Part shown: positions 9,756 through 19,409 of the stretch, piece after piece | How the letters are laid out: every line of letters begins with the position of its first letter | How positions within the stretch are numbered: the first letter of the stretch is position 1 | Origin: an uncultured Alphaproteobacteria bacterium | GTDB taxonomy: Bacteria > Pseudomonadota > Alphaproteobacteria > MPNO01 > UBA830 | Length of the DNA stretch: 64,000 nt | Direction: 5' to 3' | NCBI GenBank assembly: GCA_913047365.1 | Contig: CAJWUK010000001.1 | Coordinates: forward strand, 6,413-70,412 | Program-made: the position numbers and the translations under genes | Notes under the pieces: model-generated | Database searches by the model: none | Told to the model about the DNA's origin: nothing | What the model saw: the letters and a program-made list of their open reading frames with translations, nothing else

Positions 9756-9880
9756 GACTATTCTCCAAATGCGGTTGACGAAAGTCTAACACACGCGAAA
9801 CGAAAAACGCACGCAGTTCGGATGTTTGACCGCTGTTTTCGAGCGAGATACCAGACCTTGGGCATAGACTGTATAACTAG

Positions 9881-11254
9881 TTGAGTTGCGGGCCGTTGCC
9901 CGCCACGAGGGAGGACATTGTGCAAGCGGAACCAGCCCCCAACCCCCGCGAACTTATCCAGCCAGGCCGTGTTCATCGGCGTGCCTATAACGATCCGCAA
10001 ATTTTCGAGATGGAGATGGAGCGGATTTTCGGCCGGGCGTGGATTTATGTCGGCCACGAAAGCCAAATACCAAACCCGGGCGATTTTGTTTCTACCCGGA
10101 TGGGGCGCCGGCCCATGGTGATGGTCCGTCATTCGGATGGGGAAATTTTTGTCATTCACAACCAGTGCGCCCATCGCGGCGCCATGGTGGTGGCGCAGGA
10201 TGCCGGGAATACTGAGGAATTCGTCTGCTGTTATCACGGGTGGACCTACGGCACCGACGGAAAATTGATCCGGGTACCTCTGCAGCATGGGTATCCCGGC
10301 CATTTCAACCCGGATGACCCTGGCACGGCTATGGTTAAGGCACCACGTGTGGAGAGTTACCGCGGATTTGTATTCGCCTCACTCGCCAAGGACGGCCCTG
10401 CGCTGACCGATTTCCTTGGCTACATGACGACATCGTTCGACGACATGATCGATCGCGCACCGGACGGTGAAATCGAAATTGCCGGTGGCGTTTTTAAGCA
10501 CGCCTTCGACGGCAACTGGAAGCTCTATCTGGAAAACCTGTGCGACGCGGCGCACCCGCTATTCGTTCACCAGTCATCGATCGAAGCAGCCGTGGAACAG
10601 GACGACGAGGTCCACACCGATGGCGCCGGCGAAGTCGCCGTACGCCAGATGCGACAGAACGGCGCGCCTTATAAGTTCTGGCTGGAAGAGGTGGGTATCT
10701 GGACCTATCCCAACGGCCACTCTTTCCTCGGCGATTATCACGACGACGAAAAACTGGTTGCCGCCAAACGCGACCCGGTCTTCGCCGAATACATCGACAC
10801 GATGGAAGCCAAGAAAGGGGTGGGGGAAACCCAGCGCATTCTTGAAGTCACCCGCTGGAACTCGAACATTTATCCGAATATTTCTTTCATGAGCCAGTTC
10901 CGGCAGTTCCGCGTGGTGCATCCGGTCTCCGTCAACCGGACGGAGGTTTACAACTACTCCTTCCGCATGAAAGGCGCGCCGGAAAAAATGTTCGAAGATA
11001 CGGTTGCGTTTTCGAACGTCACCAACGGGACGGGATCCTTGGTCCTGACCGACGACCTGGAAACATACAGCCGCATCGGAATCGGTGTGAATGCGGGCGG
11101 CGCCGAATGGATTGAGGTCGGCCGCGGTTATGAAACCGACCGCCCCGGTGAAAATGGCGGCGTCGAAGGCAAGGACTCCACCAGCGAAGTCTATATTCGC
11201 AATATGTATGACGCTTGGCTCGACTATATGTCCACGGGCGAGGATGCATCCTGA
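9881..11254 (+). CDS. aromatic ring-hydroxylating dioxygenase alpha subunit (Rieske [2Fe-2S] + mononuclear Fe)
   Basis: 457 aa; Rieske CAHRGAMVV...CCYHGWTY (CxH-x-CxxH). Confidence 0.9.
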   Translation: MSCGPLPATREDIVQAEPAPNPRELIQPGRVHRRAYNDPQIFEMEMERIFGRAWIYVGHESQIPNPGDFVSTRMGRRPMVMVRHSDGEIFVIHNQCAHRGAMVVAQDAGNTEEFVCCYHGWTYGTDGKLIRVPLQHGYPGHFNPDDPGTAMVKAPRVESYRGFVFASLAKDGPALTDFLGYMTTSFDDMIDRAPDGEIEIAGGVFKHAFDGNWKLYLENLCDAAHPLFVHQSSIEAAVEQDDEVHTDGAGEVAVRQMRQNGAPYKFWLEEVGIWTYPNGHSFLGDYHDDEKLVAAKRDPVFAEYIDTMEAKKGVGETQRILEVTRWNSNIYPNISFMSQFRQFRVVHPVSVNRTEVYNYSFRMKGAPEKMFEDTVAFSNVTNGTGSLVLTDDLETYSRIGIGVNAGGAEWIEVGRGYETDRPGENGGVEGKDSTSEVYIRNMYDAWLDYMSTGEDAS

Positions 11255-11730
11255 TGGACCGGATTGCCGATACGGACACGGAATCGTTCCTGATTCACGA
11301 GGCCCGTATACTGGATGAACGGCGCTGGGAAGACTGGCTGGCGTTATTTGCTGACGACGGCTGGTACTGGGTGCCCATCGAAGAGGGTCAGAAGGATCCG
11401 AAACAGACGGTTTCGCTGATGTATGATGACCGGCGTCTGCTGGAAACGCGGGTGCGTCGCCTCGCCGCTGGAAAACTTCATGCGCAATCGCCTATATCGC
11501 GCACCACCAGAACGGTCGCCAACGTCACCGTGGAAAACGAAGACAAGGGAAAAACCATTGTCCGATCAAAGTTTCAGATGATCGAGTATCGCCGGGACAA
11601 ACAGCGCCTGTTCGGTGGCACACAATGGCATAGCCTGAGCGCCATCGACGGTGGCTTCCGGATCAACTGGAAAAAGGTCGAATTGGTGAATTGCGATAGC
11701 ATGATGGACGGCCTGAGTGTCCCCTTCTAA
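11254..11730 (+). CDS. aromatic ring-hydroxylating dioxygenase beta subunit (NTF2-like)
   Basis: ORF-track 11215..11730 trimmed to the ATG at 11254, which overlaps the alpha stop (ATGA). 158 aa with typical beta-subunit N-terminal motif FLIHEARILDERRWEDWLALFADDGWYWVP. Confidence 0.8.
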   Translation: MDRIADTDTESFLIHEARILDERRWEDWLALFADDGWYWVPIEEGQKDPKQTVSLMYDDRRLLETRVRRLAAGKLHAQSPISRTTRTVANVTVENEDKGKTIVRSKFQMIEYRRDKQRLFGGTQWHSLSAIDGGFRINWKKVELVNCDSMMDGLSVPF

Positions 11731-11766
11731 ACCTGTCTGATAAGTCACAGAAGGACGCAAATCCTT

Positions 11767-12765
11767 ATGCCGCAAACTGTAAAATCCGTCCGCATTCATG
11801 AATATGGGGGGCCCGAAGTTCTAAGCTTTGATGACGTGGAAGTCGGCGATCCCGGACCGGGCGAGGTCCGTGTACGCCACAATTCGATCGGCATCAATTT
11901 CGCTGACATGCACACCCGCGCCGGTCGGTACCCCCTGCCCCATCTACCACACTGCATCGGGGCAGAGGCTGCGGGCACGGTGGAAGCGCTCGGAGATGGG
12001 GTCGACTATCTCGCGGTAGGAGACCGTGTGGCCTATTCCAGCGGGGGTCATGCCCTGCCGCGCGGCGCCTATTGCGAGGCGCGTGTCATGGTGGCCGACC
12101 GCTTGATTTTGCTACCCGATGAGATCGACGACGACACCGCTGCCGCCATGACCACCAAGGGACTGACCGCCCATTACCTGGTGTTCGATGTCTATCCGGT
12201 CGGGCCGGACGATACCATTGCCGTGCACGCAGCAGCGGGCGGGGTCGGCCAGATAATCTGCCAGTGGGCCAACGCGCTGGGCGCACGGGTAATCGGCATT
12301 GTCGGCTCGCCGGAAAAAGAATCGGTCGCAGCCGCCCACGGCTGCCACCATACCCTTGTCCGAGGCCGGGACGATGTGGTCGCCCGCGTCCACTCCCTGA
12401 CCGCGGGGGAAGGTGTACCCGTGGTATATGATGCAGTTGGCGCCGACACCTTTGAGGAATCGCTCCACTGCCTGCGACCGCGGGGACTGCTGGCCTCATA
12501 CGGCACTGCATCCGGTCCCATCCCGCCTTTCGATATCTTTCGGCTCAACCAGATGGGCTCGCTCTACATCACCAGTGCTGCTTTTCTATGGCATCTGCGC
12601 AATCGCGAAGAAATGCTCGCCCGCGCCCGCGACCTGATCGATGTCGTCACCCGCGGTGACGTAAAAATCTCGATTGCCAACCGCTACCCTCTGGCCAACG
12701 CTGCGCAGGCCCATCGTGACATGGAATTGCGCACCACAACCGGCATGAGCGTCCTGATCCCCTAA
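11767..12765 (+). CDS. NADPH:quinone oxidoreductase (MDR/zinc-ADH-like superfamily, Qor-type)
   Basis: 332 aa; HEYGGPEVL start, and the AAGGVG nucleotide-binding motif of the quinone oxidoreductase branch. Confidence 0.85.
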   Translation: MPQTVKSVRIHEYGGPEVLSFDDVEVGDPGPGEVRVRHNSIGINFADMHTRAGRYPLPHLPHCIGAEAAGTVEALGDGVDYLAVGDRVAYSSGGHALPRGAYCEARVMVADRLILLPDEIDDDTAAAMTTKGLTAHYLVFDVYPVGPDDTIAVHAAAGGVGQIICQWANALGARVIGIVGSPEKESVAAAHGCHHTLVRGRDDVVARVHSLTAGEGVPVVYDAVGADTFEESLHCLRPRGLLASYGTASGPIPPFDIFRLNQMGSLYITSAAFLWHLRNREEMLARARDLIDVVTRGDVKISIANRYPLANAAQAHRDMELRTTTGMSVLIP

Positions 12766-12766
12766 A

Positions 12767-13039
12767 AATGAACTCGCGCGGCCGTTCAGGCGCATATCCA
12801 ATTCCCCGCCGCCTTTCCTGCTGATAAATGGCAGAAAAGACACGACGGTCCTGCCGAAGAATGCGGCGGATATGGAATTGGCCCTACGGGCTCCTAGCGG
12901 TTCAGTTAAAACTGTTTTGTTCGATGATACCAGCCACATAAACATATTGCTCGGCATGGCTACACCATTCGACAGGCTCACACCCGTCAACGACCGGATT
13001 TCCGAATCCGTCAAACGCCACAGCGCCTGCCCCGGTTGA
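12767..13039 (+). pseudogene. alpha/beta hydrolase gene remnant (C-terminal ~90 codons only)
   Basis: Frame -1 relative to the qor gene reads ...SPPPFLLINGRKDTTVLPKNAADMELALRAPSGSVKTVLFDDTSHINILLGMATPFDRLTPVNDRISESVKRHSACPG*. This is the canonical C-terminus of a serine hydrolase (P.LLIHG..D..VP....A.....L.......V.L..F.G..H). No upstream start exists because the frame runs into the 3' end of the qor gene. Confidence 0.45.
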
Positions 13040-13099
13040 TCCCTGCGCCCCCGACCTACATTATTGGGCCCTGAAACATAACGGGGATGCACAAAAACA

Positions 13100-13957
13100 A
13101 TGTCGGATGCACCGACCGTCCGCCTGGATCAAGACGGCAAACCACTCGGGTTCATCGATCACCCGAAAGATTTTCAGACCGTCGCTTACGAGGTAGTTGA
13201 AGAAAACATCGGTCTGCTGACCCTGAACCGCCCGGACAAGCTGAATGCGTTCGACGAGCGCATGATCCGCGAAATCCGTTCCGTTATCTGGAAGGTCAAT
13301 TTCGACGAGGCAATCCGCGTCCTCATCATCACCGGCGCCGGACGGGGGTTTTGTTCCGGCCGCGATATCCTCGGCCTCGACTACGAAAACAACCTACCCT
13401 CACCGCAATACCGCGCCTATGTGCGCGCCAACCATGAAATGCTCGACGATCTGGAAAATATGGAAAAACCCGTGATTTCGATGGTCAACGGTGTCTGCGC
13501 GGGCGGCGGCGTGGAAATTGCCATTGCCAGCGATTTCCGGACGGCAGCCGAGGATGCGGAATTCGTACTGACGGAAAACAATATCGGCGTTATCCCCGCA
13601 TCAGGCGCTGCGTCGCGGATGATCCAGATGATCGGGATCGGACGGCTGAAGGAAATGATGATGACCACCCTGCCGGTGAACGCCGATACAGCGGAACGCT
13701 GGGGTCTGGTGAACCGGGTTTTTGCGTCCAACGGTCTGCTTGAAGGCACGCTGGACTTTGCCCGCGTCCTGGTGGAGCGCGCACCGCTGGCGCTGGGCAT
13801 GGCCAAGCACGTCATCAATACCTGCCAGAACACGGACACCGAAACGGGCCGTCTGATTGAACGGCTGGGTCAGTCAGTGCTAATCCGTTCCGAAGATTCC
13901 CGCGAAGGTAACGCGGCGTTTCGTGAAAAGCGCAAACCCGACTGGAAAGGCAGATGA
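13100..13957 (+). CDS. enoyl-CoA hydratase/isomerase (crotonase) family protein
   Basis: 285 aa; crotonase fold motifs (ITGAGRGFCSGRDI, GVCAGGGVEIAIASD). Confidence 0.85.
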   Translation: MSDAPTVRLDQDGKPLGFIDHPKDFQTVAYEVVEENIGLLTLNRPDKLNAFDERMIREIRSVIWKVNFDEAIRVLIITGAGRGFCSGRDILGLDYENNLPSPQYRAYVRANHEMLDDLENMEKPVISMVNGVCAGGGVEIAIASDFRTAAEDAEFVLTENNIGVIPASGAASRMIQMIGIGRLKEMMMTTLPVNADTAERWGLVNRVFASNGLLEGTLDFARVLVERAPLALGMAKHVINTCQNTDTETGRLIERLGQSVLIRSEDSREGNAAFREKRKPDWKGR

Positions 13958-14739
13958 GCCTGCGACGTCTGGGCGGCATAGATCTCTGGGTCGAGGAAGG
14001 TGAGAAGGCCGACGGCCCGACGCTCTTGCTGATGCACGGGCTTTCCGGAACCGGCGGCATCTGGGACGGCCTGAAACCCATCGTGAAAGAAAATTGGCCG
14101 GGCCGCTGGCTGATCCCCGACATGCGCGGCCACGGCCGGTCGGCCCACAGCGCGATATACGGCATCGCGAGCCACGCGACCGACATGGCGGCGCTGGCGG
14201 AGGGAGCCAACGATCTGTATCTAGCCGGTCATTCCATGGGCGGGCTGGTCGGAATCCTGCTGGCCTCCGGCTGGTACGGCGTCTCGCCGAAGGCTGTCGT
14301 CACAACCGGCGTAAAAGTTGACTGGAGCGAAGAAGAGTATGCCGGCATCGCCAAACTGATCGATATGCCAGTCCGCTGGTTCGATACCGAGGAAGAAGCC
14401 CGCGAACGCTTTGTTCTGGTGACCGGCTTGAAGGGCATCACCGATCCGAATTCCGCCTTCGCCGGCACCGGCGTCGTGGAGCAAGACGGCAAGTGGCGCC
14501 TTGCTGCCGATAATAGGGCCGCCATGGTGGCCTACGCCAGCACCCACGATATTTATGCCGCGGCTCAAGCCCCCATCACGCTCGCCGCGGGAGAACATGA
14601 CAGGATGGTCTCGGCCTCCGACCTGAAAACCCTCGATCCTGCGGCGCGAGAATTGCCGGGCCTCGGCCATAATTCCCATGTCGAAGACCCGCACAGCTTC
14701 TGGGAGCTGATTGCCGAAATAGCAGGAATATCCCAATGA
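13954..14739 (+). CDS. alpha/beta hydrolase
   Basis: 261 aa; nucleophile elbow GHSMGG; start overlaps the crotonase stop (ATGA). Confidence 0.8.
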   Translation: MSLRRLGGIDLWVEEGEKADGPTLLLMHGLSGTGGIWDGLKPIVKENWPGRWLIPDMRGHGRSAHSAIYGIASHATDMAALAEGANDLYLAGHSMGGLVGILLASGWYGVSPKAVVTTGVKVDWSEEEYAGIAKLIDMPVRWFDTEEEARERFVLVTGLKGITDPNSAFAGTGVVEQDGKWRLAADNRAAMVAYASTHDIYAAAQAPITLAAGEHDRMVSASDLKTLDPAARELPGLGHNSHVEDPHSFWELIAEIAGISQ

Positions 14740-16253
14740 CGGTCGATACCGAACGATTTCGATTTCGGGCCGTGGTTGAGCAATTGTCAAATGACGGTGA
14801 CGTGGAGACCGTCGACGATCCAACGCCGCTTTCCGCCATTGCGGAGCGCCTGGAAGGCAATCCCAAAGGCACCTGGTTCCGGAATGCTGGGCCGGACGGA
14901 CATGAACTGGCCGGCAATATCATGGGGTCCCGACGGCGGCTGGCCAAGTCGATAGGCGTCGGGGAAAGCGACCTTATATTCGAATTCACAAATCGACTCC
15001 GCACGCCGATCGATCCGGTAGAAGTGAACTCCATCAATGCCCCAGTTCAGCAGGTGGTAAGGGGAGAGAACGAGGCCGACCTGACCGATCTCCCCGTACA
15101 TCTTCAACACGGCGACGACGGGGCGCCCTATATTTCAGCGACACTGGATTTTTCCGTCGACCCCGGCGGGCGCACCAATGTGGGGATGCGCCGTCTGATG
15201 CTGCGCGGCCGCCAGGAAGCCGGCATCGATCTGAACGCTCCCAGCGATCTTCGCGCCATCTATGGCGGGGCTCACGGGGATGGAGACCGGCTGCCGGTCG
15301 CCTTCGCCGTCGGGTTTCATCCGGCGGATGCGATCGCCGCCCTGTCCATGACCCCGCCGGTAGACGAACTGGCCCTCATGGGTGCGGCCAGAGGCGCGCC
15401 CGTGCCGGTTGTCAAATGCGTGACCAACGACCTTCGGGTTCCTGCCGACGCCGAATACATCATCGAAGGATATCTCGATGCCGACGGCTGGGCCGAACCG
15501 GAAGGTCCCTATGGCGAATATGTAGGCTATTACGGTCGTCTAAAACAGAACCCGGTTTTCCGTCTGACCGCAATCACCCACCGGGAAGACGCCCTGTTCC
15601 AGACCGCGACCATCGGCGGGCGCAACATGGCGAACACCGATACCGCCCAGCTTTGCGCCCTGCGCACCGAGCAGGCGATCTGGACGGCACTGGAAACCGC
15701 CGTTCGCGAACCCGTTGCGGTCTATTGCCCCGCTGCCACGGGTGGCATGTACAACGTGCGGATTGCGCTGAACCAACGGGTGCCGGGTGAAGCACGCAAT
15801 GCCATCGCGGCCGCCTTCGGATCAACTGCCGATACCAAACACGTCTTCGTTGTCGATTCCGATATCGATATCTTCAACGACGATCAGATGGAATGGGCAC
15901 TGGCAACCCGGTTCCAGAGCCACCGCGACCTGGTAACCGGACAAAATTTCCGCGCCGTGCCGCTGGACCCGTCCCTGCAGGGCGAACGCGCGGGATCGAA
16001 AGCGGGTTTCGATCTGACGCGTCCCTTCGGGCAGGGTGGCAGTCAGGAATGGAAAATTCCGGACCCGCCGGAATTCCATCAAGCACCAAAATCGAGCGTG
16101 GAGGAAGCGCTGAAAGCCGGCCCTAAATATTTCCGCGAACTGATGGATGCGACTGGATCGGATGACGGGCGCGAAATTGTTCGCGAGCTGGAAAAATTTT
16201 ACGGTGCCGGGCGGCTTAACCGTCTGGATGACGGACGTTACAGTCTGGACTGA
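14736..16253 (+). CDS. UbiD family (prFMN-dependent) decarboxylase
   Basis: 505 aa; UbiD-family length and N-terminal layout; start overlaps the upstream hydrolase stop (ATGA). Confidence 0.8.
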   Translation: MTVDTERFRFRAVVEQLSNDGDVETVDDPTPLSAIAERLEGNPKGTWFRNAGPDGHELAGNIMGSRRRLAKSIGVGESDLIFEFTNRLRTPIDPVEVNSINAPVQQVVRGENEADLTDLPVHLQHGDDGAPYISATLDFSVDPGGRTNVGMRRLMLRGRQEAGIDLNAPSDLRAIYGGAHGDGDRLPVAFAVGFHPADAIAALSMTPPVDELALMGAARGAPVPVVKCVTNDLRVPADAEYIIEGYLDADGWAEPEGPYGEYVGYYGRLKQNPVFRLTAITHREDALFQTATIGGRNMANTDTAQLCALRTEQAIWTALETAVREPVAVYCPAATGGMYNVRIALNQRVPGEARNAIAAAFGSTADTKHVFVVDSDIDIFNDDQMEWALATRFQSHRDLVTGQNFRAVPLDPSLQGERAGSKAGFDLTRPFGQGGSQEWKIPDPPEFHQAPKSSVEEALKAGPKYFRELMDATGSDDGREIVRELEKFYGAGRLNRLDDGRYSLD

Positions 16254-16621
16254 TGCTCGACCACCTACCCGACATCGTTAACGCCAATGAACCGCTAGTC
16301 CGACGCGGCCGGTTTTTCTCCTGCACCTTCCTCGTCGGAATTGGCGCTACCGACTGGCTGATTAAAATTTCAAACGGCCGCGTAGCGTCGGCAACTTCCG
16401 GACCGCACCTTATGCAGTCATGGCAATTTTCTATTCGCGCGCCCGAAGACGCTTGGGTCGCTTTCTGGGAACCGAAACCCCGCCCCGGTTTCCACGATAT
16501 TTTCGCGATGACCAAATCCGGCACCGCCGTTATCGCGGGCGATCTTCACCCCCTGATGGCAAACCTGCGCTACGTAAAAGAGGTACTGGAAAGTCTACGG
16601 AACCAGGCGGCGGACGCATGA
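16253..16621 (+). CDS. hypothetical protein, translationally coupled between UbiD-like and hydrolase genes
   Basis: 122 aa ORF with no motif recognised by eye. Its ATG shares a TGATG overlap with the UbiD-like stop, and its stop shares an ATGA overlap with the next start. Confidence 0.45.
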   Translation: MLDHLPDIVNANEPLVRRGRFFSCTFLVGIGATDWLIKISNGRVASATSGPHLMQSWQFSIRAPEDAWVAFWEPKPRPGFHDIFAMTKSGTAVIAGDLHPLMANLRYVKEVLESLRNQAADA

Positions 16622-17463
16622 CCGCGCCCATCGACTCCATTACTGGCAGATATGTCTATTTCGACATCGAAGGCCGGCCTCATCGCGTCTATTTCGAAGA
16701 ATCCGGAGCGGGCATCCCGCTTATCTGTCTGCACACCGCGGGATCGGACGCGACACAGTTCCGGCACCTTTTGACCGATGTGGAAATCGCCAAACAGTTC
16801 CGGGTAATCGCCTTCGACATGCCGTGGCACGGGAAATCGCTGCCGCCCGTCGGTTACCATAACGAGGAATACCGCCTGACGACCGATCTATACGACGCCA
16901 CCATCTCTGCGTTCTGCGATGCCCTCGACCTAGACCGGCCGGTGCTGATGGGGTGTTCGATGGGTGGCCGGATCGTCCTCCACATGGCGGATGCCCACGC
17001 CGATGCCTTCCGCGCCGTCATCGGCATCGAGGGATCGGATCACCAGGCCCCCTGGTACGACCGCGACTGGCTGCACCGACCTGACGTGCATGGGGGTGAA
17101 GTTTGCGCGGCGCTGATATCCGGCCTGGTCGCCCCTCAAAGCCCTCAAGAGTACCGTTGGGAAACCCTGTGGGGTTATCTTTCCAGCGGCCCCGGTATCT
17201 TCAAGGGCGATCTGCATTTCTATCGCGCCGATTCAGATTACCGCGACCGGGTCGCCCGCATCGATACCAGCAGGTGCCCGGTCTATCTGATGACCGGTGA
17301 GTACGATTTTTCCTGCACACCGGAAGACACCATTCGCACGGCAAAGAAGATCGGGATCGAGGCGGTCATCATGGAAGAGGTCGGACATTTTCCCATGTCA
17401 GAAAACCCGGACCAGTTCCGGAAATATCTCATGCCGGTTCTGGCGGAGATTGCCGGCAGATAG
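16618..17463 (+). CDS. alpha/beta hydrolase
   Basis: ORF-track 16420..17463 trimmed to ATG 16618 (MTAPIDSITGRYVYFDIEGRPHRVYFEESGAGIPLICLHTAGSD...); GCSMGG nucleophile elbow. Confidence 0.8.
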   Translation: MTAPIDSITGRYVYFDIEGRPHRVYFEESGAGIPLICLHTAGSDATQFRHLLTDVEIAKQFRVIAFDMPWHGKSLPPVGYHNEEYRLTTDLYDATISAFCDALDLDRPVLMGCSMGGRIVLHMADAHADAFRAVIGIEGSDHQAPWYDRDWLHRPDVHGGEVCAALISGLVAPQSPQEYRWETLWGYLSSGPGIFKGDLHFYRADSDYRDRVARIDTSRCPVYLMTGEYDFSCTPEDTIRTAKKIGIEAVIMEEVGHFPMSENPDQFRKYLMPVLAEIAGR

Positions 17464-17553
17464 CTAAGATTCGGCTTTTTCCTTGCAACGACGCGTTGTG
17501 GCTGAAAACATGTCCTCAGCGTCCATTTGGGCGATCAGTCTTCTTTGTAAACA

Positions 17554-18678
17554 GTGGGCAAAAGCACCATGGAAACCCGCGCAGCTATTGCGACCGAAGC
17601 CGGCAAGCCGCTATCGATTGAAACCGTCACACTTGACGGCCCGAGGGAGGGCGAAGTCCTGGTCGAGATCAAATCGACCGGCGTTTGCCATACAGACGAG
17701 TTCACGCTGTCGGGTGCCGACCCAGAAGGCATTTTCCCTGCCATTCTGGGCCACGAAGGCGCTGGCGTGGTCGTGGATTGCGGCCCGGGCGTGCAAACCC
17801 TGAAAAAGGGCGATCACGTAATTCCGCTATACATTCCTGAATGCCGCCAGTGTAAATCATGCCTCTCGGGCAAAACCAATCTGTGCACGTCTATCCGCGA
17901 CACCCAGGGCCAAGGCGTCATGCCCGACGGCAGCAGCCGTTTCTCGGTGGGCGGTGACAAGATTTTTCATTACATGGGCACGTCGACCTTCGCCAATCAC
18001 ACGGTGGTGCCGGAAATCGCGCTCGCCAAGGTTCGCGAAGACGCGCCATTCGACAAGATCTGCTATATCGGCTGCGGTGTGACGACCGGCATCGGCGCGG
18101 TCATCAACACGGCGGGCGTGGAACCCGGCTCTAACGTCGTGGTCTTCGGACTTGGCGGCATCGGGCTGAACGTCATTCAGGGTGCGCGGTTGGCCGGTGC
18201 CAACAAGATAGTTGGTGTCGACATCAACGATTCGAAGAAGGAAATGGCCGAACGGTTCGGCATGACCCATTTCGTCAACCCGAACGAAGTCGAGGGCGAT
18301 CTGGTGCCCTATCTGGTCGATCTGACCGATGGCGGTGCGGATTATTCGTTCGAATGCATCGGCAACGTCAACACCATGCGCCAGGCACTGGAATGCGCCC
18401 ATCGCGGCTGGGGGGAAAGCATCATCATCGGCGTTGCCGGCGCGGGTCAGGAAATTTCCACCCGCCCGTTCCAGCTGGTTACCGGCCGGGTCTGGAAAGG
18501 CACAGCCTTCGGCGGGGCGAAAAGCCGCCGCGACGTACCGAAGATCGTAGACTGGTATATGGACGGAAAGATCGAAATCGATCCCATGATCACCCACACT
18601 ATGCCGCTCGAAGACATCAACAATGCCTTTGACTTGATGCATAACGGCGAGAGCATCCGCAGCGTGATCAACTTCTAA
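17554..18678 (+). CDS. S-(hydroxymethyl)glutathione dehydrogenase / class III alcohol dehydrogenase
   Basis: 374 aa; GVCHTDEFTLSGADPEGIFPAILGHEGAGVV and the second zinc site CRQCKSCLSGKTNLC are hallmarks of class III ADH. Confidence 0.9.
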   Translation: MGKSTMETRAAIATEAGKPLSIETVTLDGPREGEVLVEIKSTGVCHTDEFTLSGADPEGIFPAILGHEGAGVVVDCGPGVQTLKKGDHVIPLYIPECRQCKSCLSGKTNLCTSIRDTQGQGVMPDGSSRFSVGGDKIFHYMGTSTFANHTVVPEIALAKVREDAPFDKICYIGCGVTTGIGAVINTAGVEPGSNVVVFGLGGIGLNVIQGARLAGANKIVGVDINDSKKEMAERFGMTHFVNPNEVEGDLVPYLVDLTDGGADYSFECIGNVNTMRQALECAHRGWGESIIIGVAGAGQEISTRPFQLVTGRVWKGTAFGGAKSRRDVPKIVDWYMDGKIEIDPMITHTMPLEDINNAFDLMHNGESIRSVINF

Positions 18679-18689
18679 AAGTTATCAAA

Positions 18690-18705
18690 CCGCAAAAAAA
18701 TGCGG
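18690..18705. terminator. bidirectional hairpin terminator between convergent genes
   Basis: ccgca-aaaaaaa-tgcgg hairpin, followed by cuuuc on plus and by T-rich sequence on minus. Confidence 0.45.
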
Positions 18706-18722
18706 CTTTCGGGCCGCCCGTC

Positions 18723-19199
18723 TCACTTCAGGTTGACCCTGTGGGACCACTCTCTGCCGTCTGAAATCGTGATCTGGCGAAAACCCAGCAATTTGGCCAG
18801 GTCATAGAACGTAAAGAGGTTCTGGACGCCCAGCTCAGCAAACAATGGTGATGCGCGAACCTGTGACGTCAATGTCGCCAAGATGGCACGCGCGCGAAAC
18901 AGGGTCGCGAAGATATCGTCATCAAGGGCGACGATAATAAGCTTCTCCGCATCCGTTCCCTTGGCGAACAGGGTAAAGCGAAGCGGCGACGGATCTTCCG
19001 CCAGTTGTTTCGTGAACGCGACGACGAAACCCAGCCGTCTGTCGCGGTCGCTGTCTGGCATGATCCTGGCGCGAGCCGTGTAAACCTCCGTCGAACGCGG
19101 CGCAGGGTAGTAATACGCGGCATGCCGGTCTTCCTGTCCTGACGCCGGGCCGGAATGAATACAGAGAAGAATCAGAGCCGCGCCCACGGATCTCAGCAT
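18723..19199 (-). CDS. hypothetical secreted protein (N-terminal signal peptide)
   Basis: 158 aa; MLRSVGAALILLCIHSGPASGQE signal-like N-terminus; last gene of a three-gene minus-strand unit. Confidence 0.5.
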   Translation of the reverse strand: MLRSVGAALILLCIHSGPASGQEDRHAAYYYPAPRSTEVYTARARIMPDSDRDRRLGFVVAFTKQLAEDPSPLRFTLFAKGTDAEKLIIVALDDDIFATLFRARAILATLTSQVRASPLFAELGVQNLFTFYDLAKLLGFRQITISDGREWSHRVNLK

Positions 19200-19409
19200 T
19201 TACTGATCATCTATTCTTCGTTCGCTGTGAAACACCAGAAACATCAGCCCCATCCCCAACCCCAGGCTGAGTACGATCCCGGCAATCATCGCCAGAATGC
19301 CGGTGGTGCTCATCTCGATATCACCAATCTGCCGCCACACATAGATGGCTCCCCATACGGCAAGCGCGAGTATGCCAAAAAGGGACACGACAAGTAGTCC
19401 TGTTTTCAT
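19200..19409 (-). CDS. small two-helix membrane protein (hypothetical)
   Basis: 69 aa; two hydrophobic segments (LLVVSLFGILALAVWGAIYVW and GILAMIAGIVLSLGLGMGLMFLVF). It overlaps the cupin gene stop by 4 nt and abuts the secreted-protein start. Confidence 0.5.
   Translation of the reverse strand: MKTGLLVVSLFGILALAVWGAIYVWRQIGDIEMSTTGILAMIAGIVLSLGLGMGLMFLVFHSERRIDDQ

Noticed and set aside
12586-13092. 168-aa minus-strand ORF in the gap after the quinone oxidoreductase gene
   Set aside because: The opposite strand carries a clearly recognisable alpha/beta-hydrolase C-terminal remnant; the minus ORF has no recognisable features and is likely a shadow frame.
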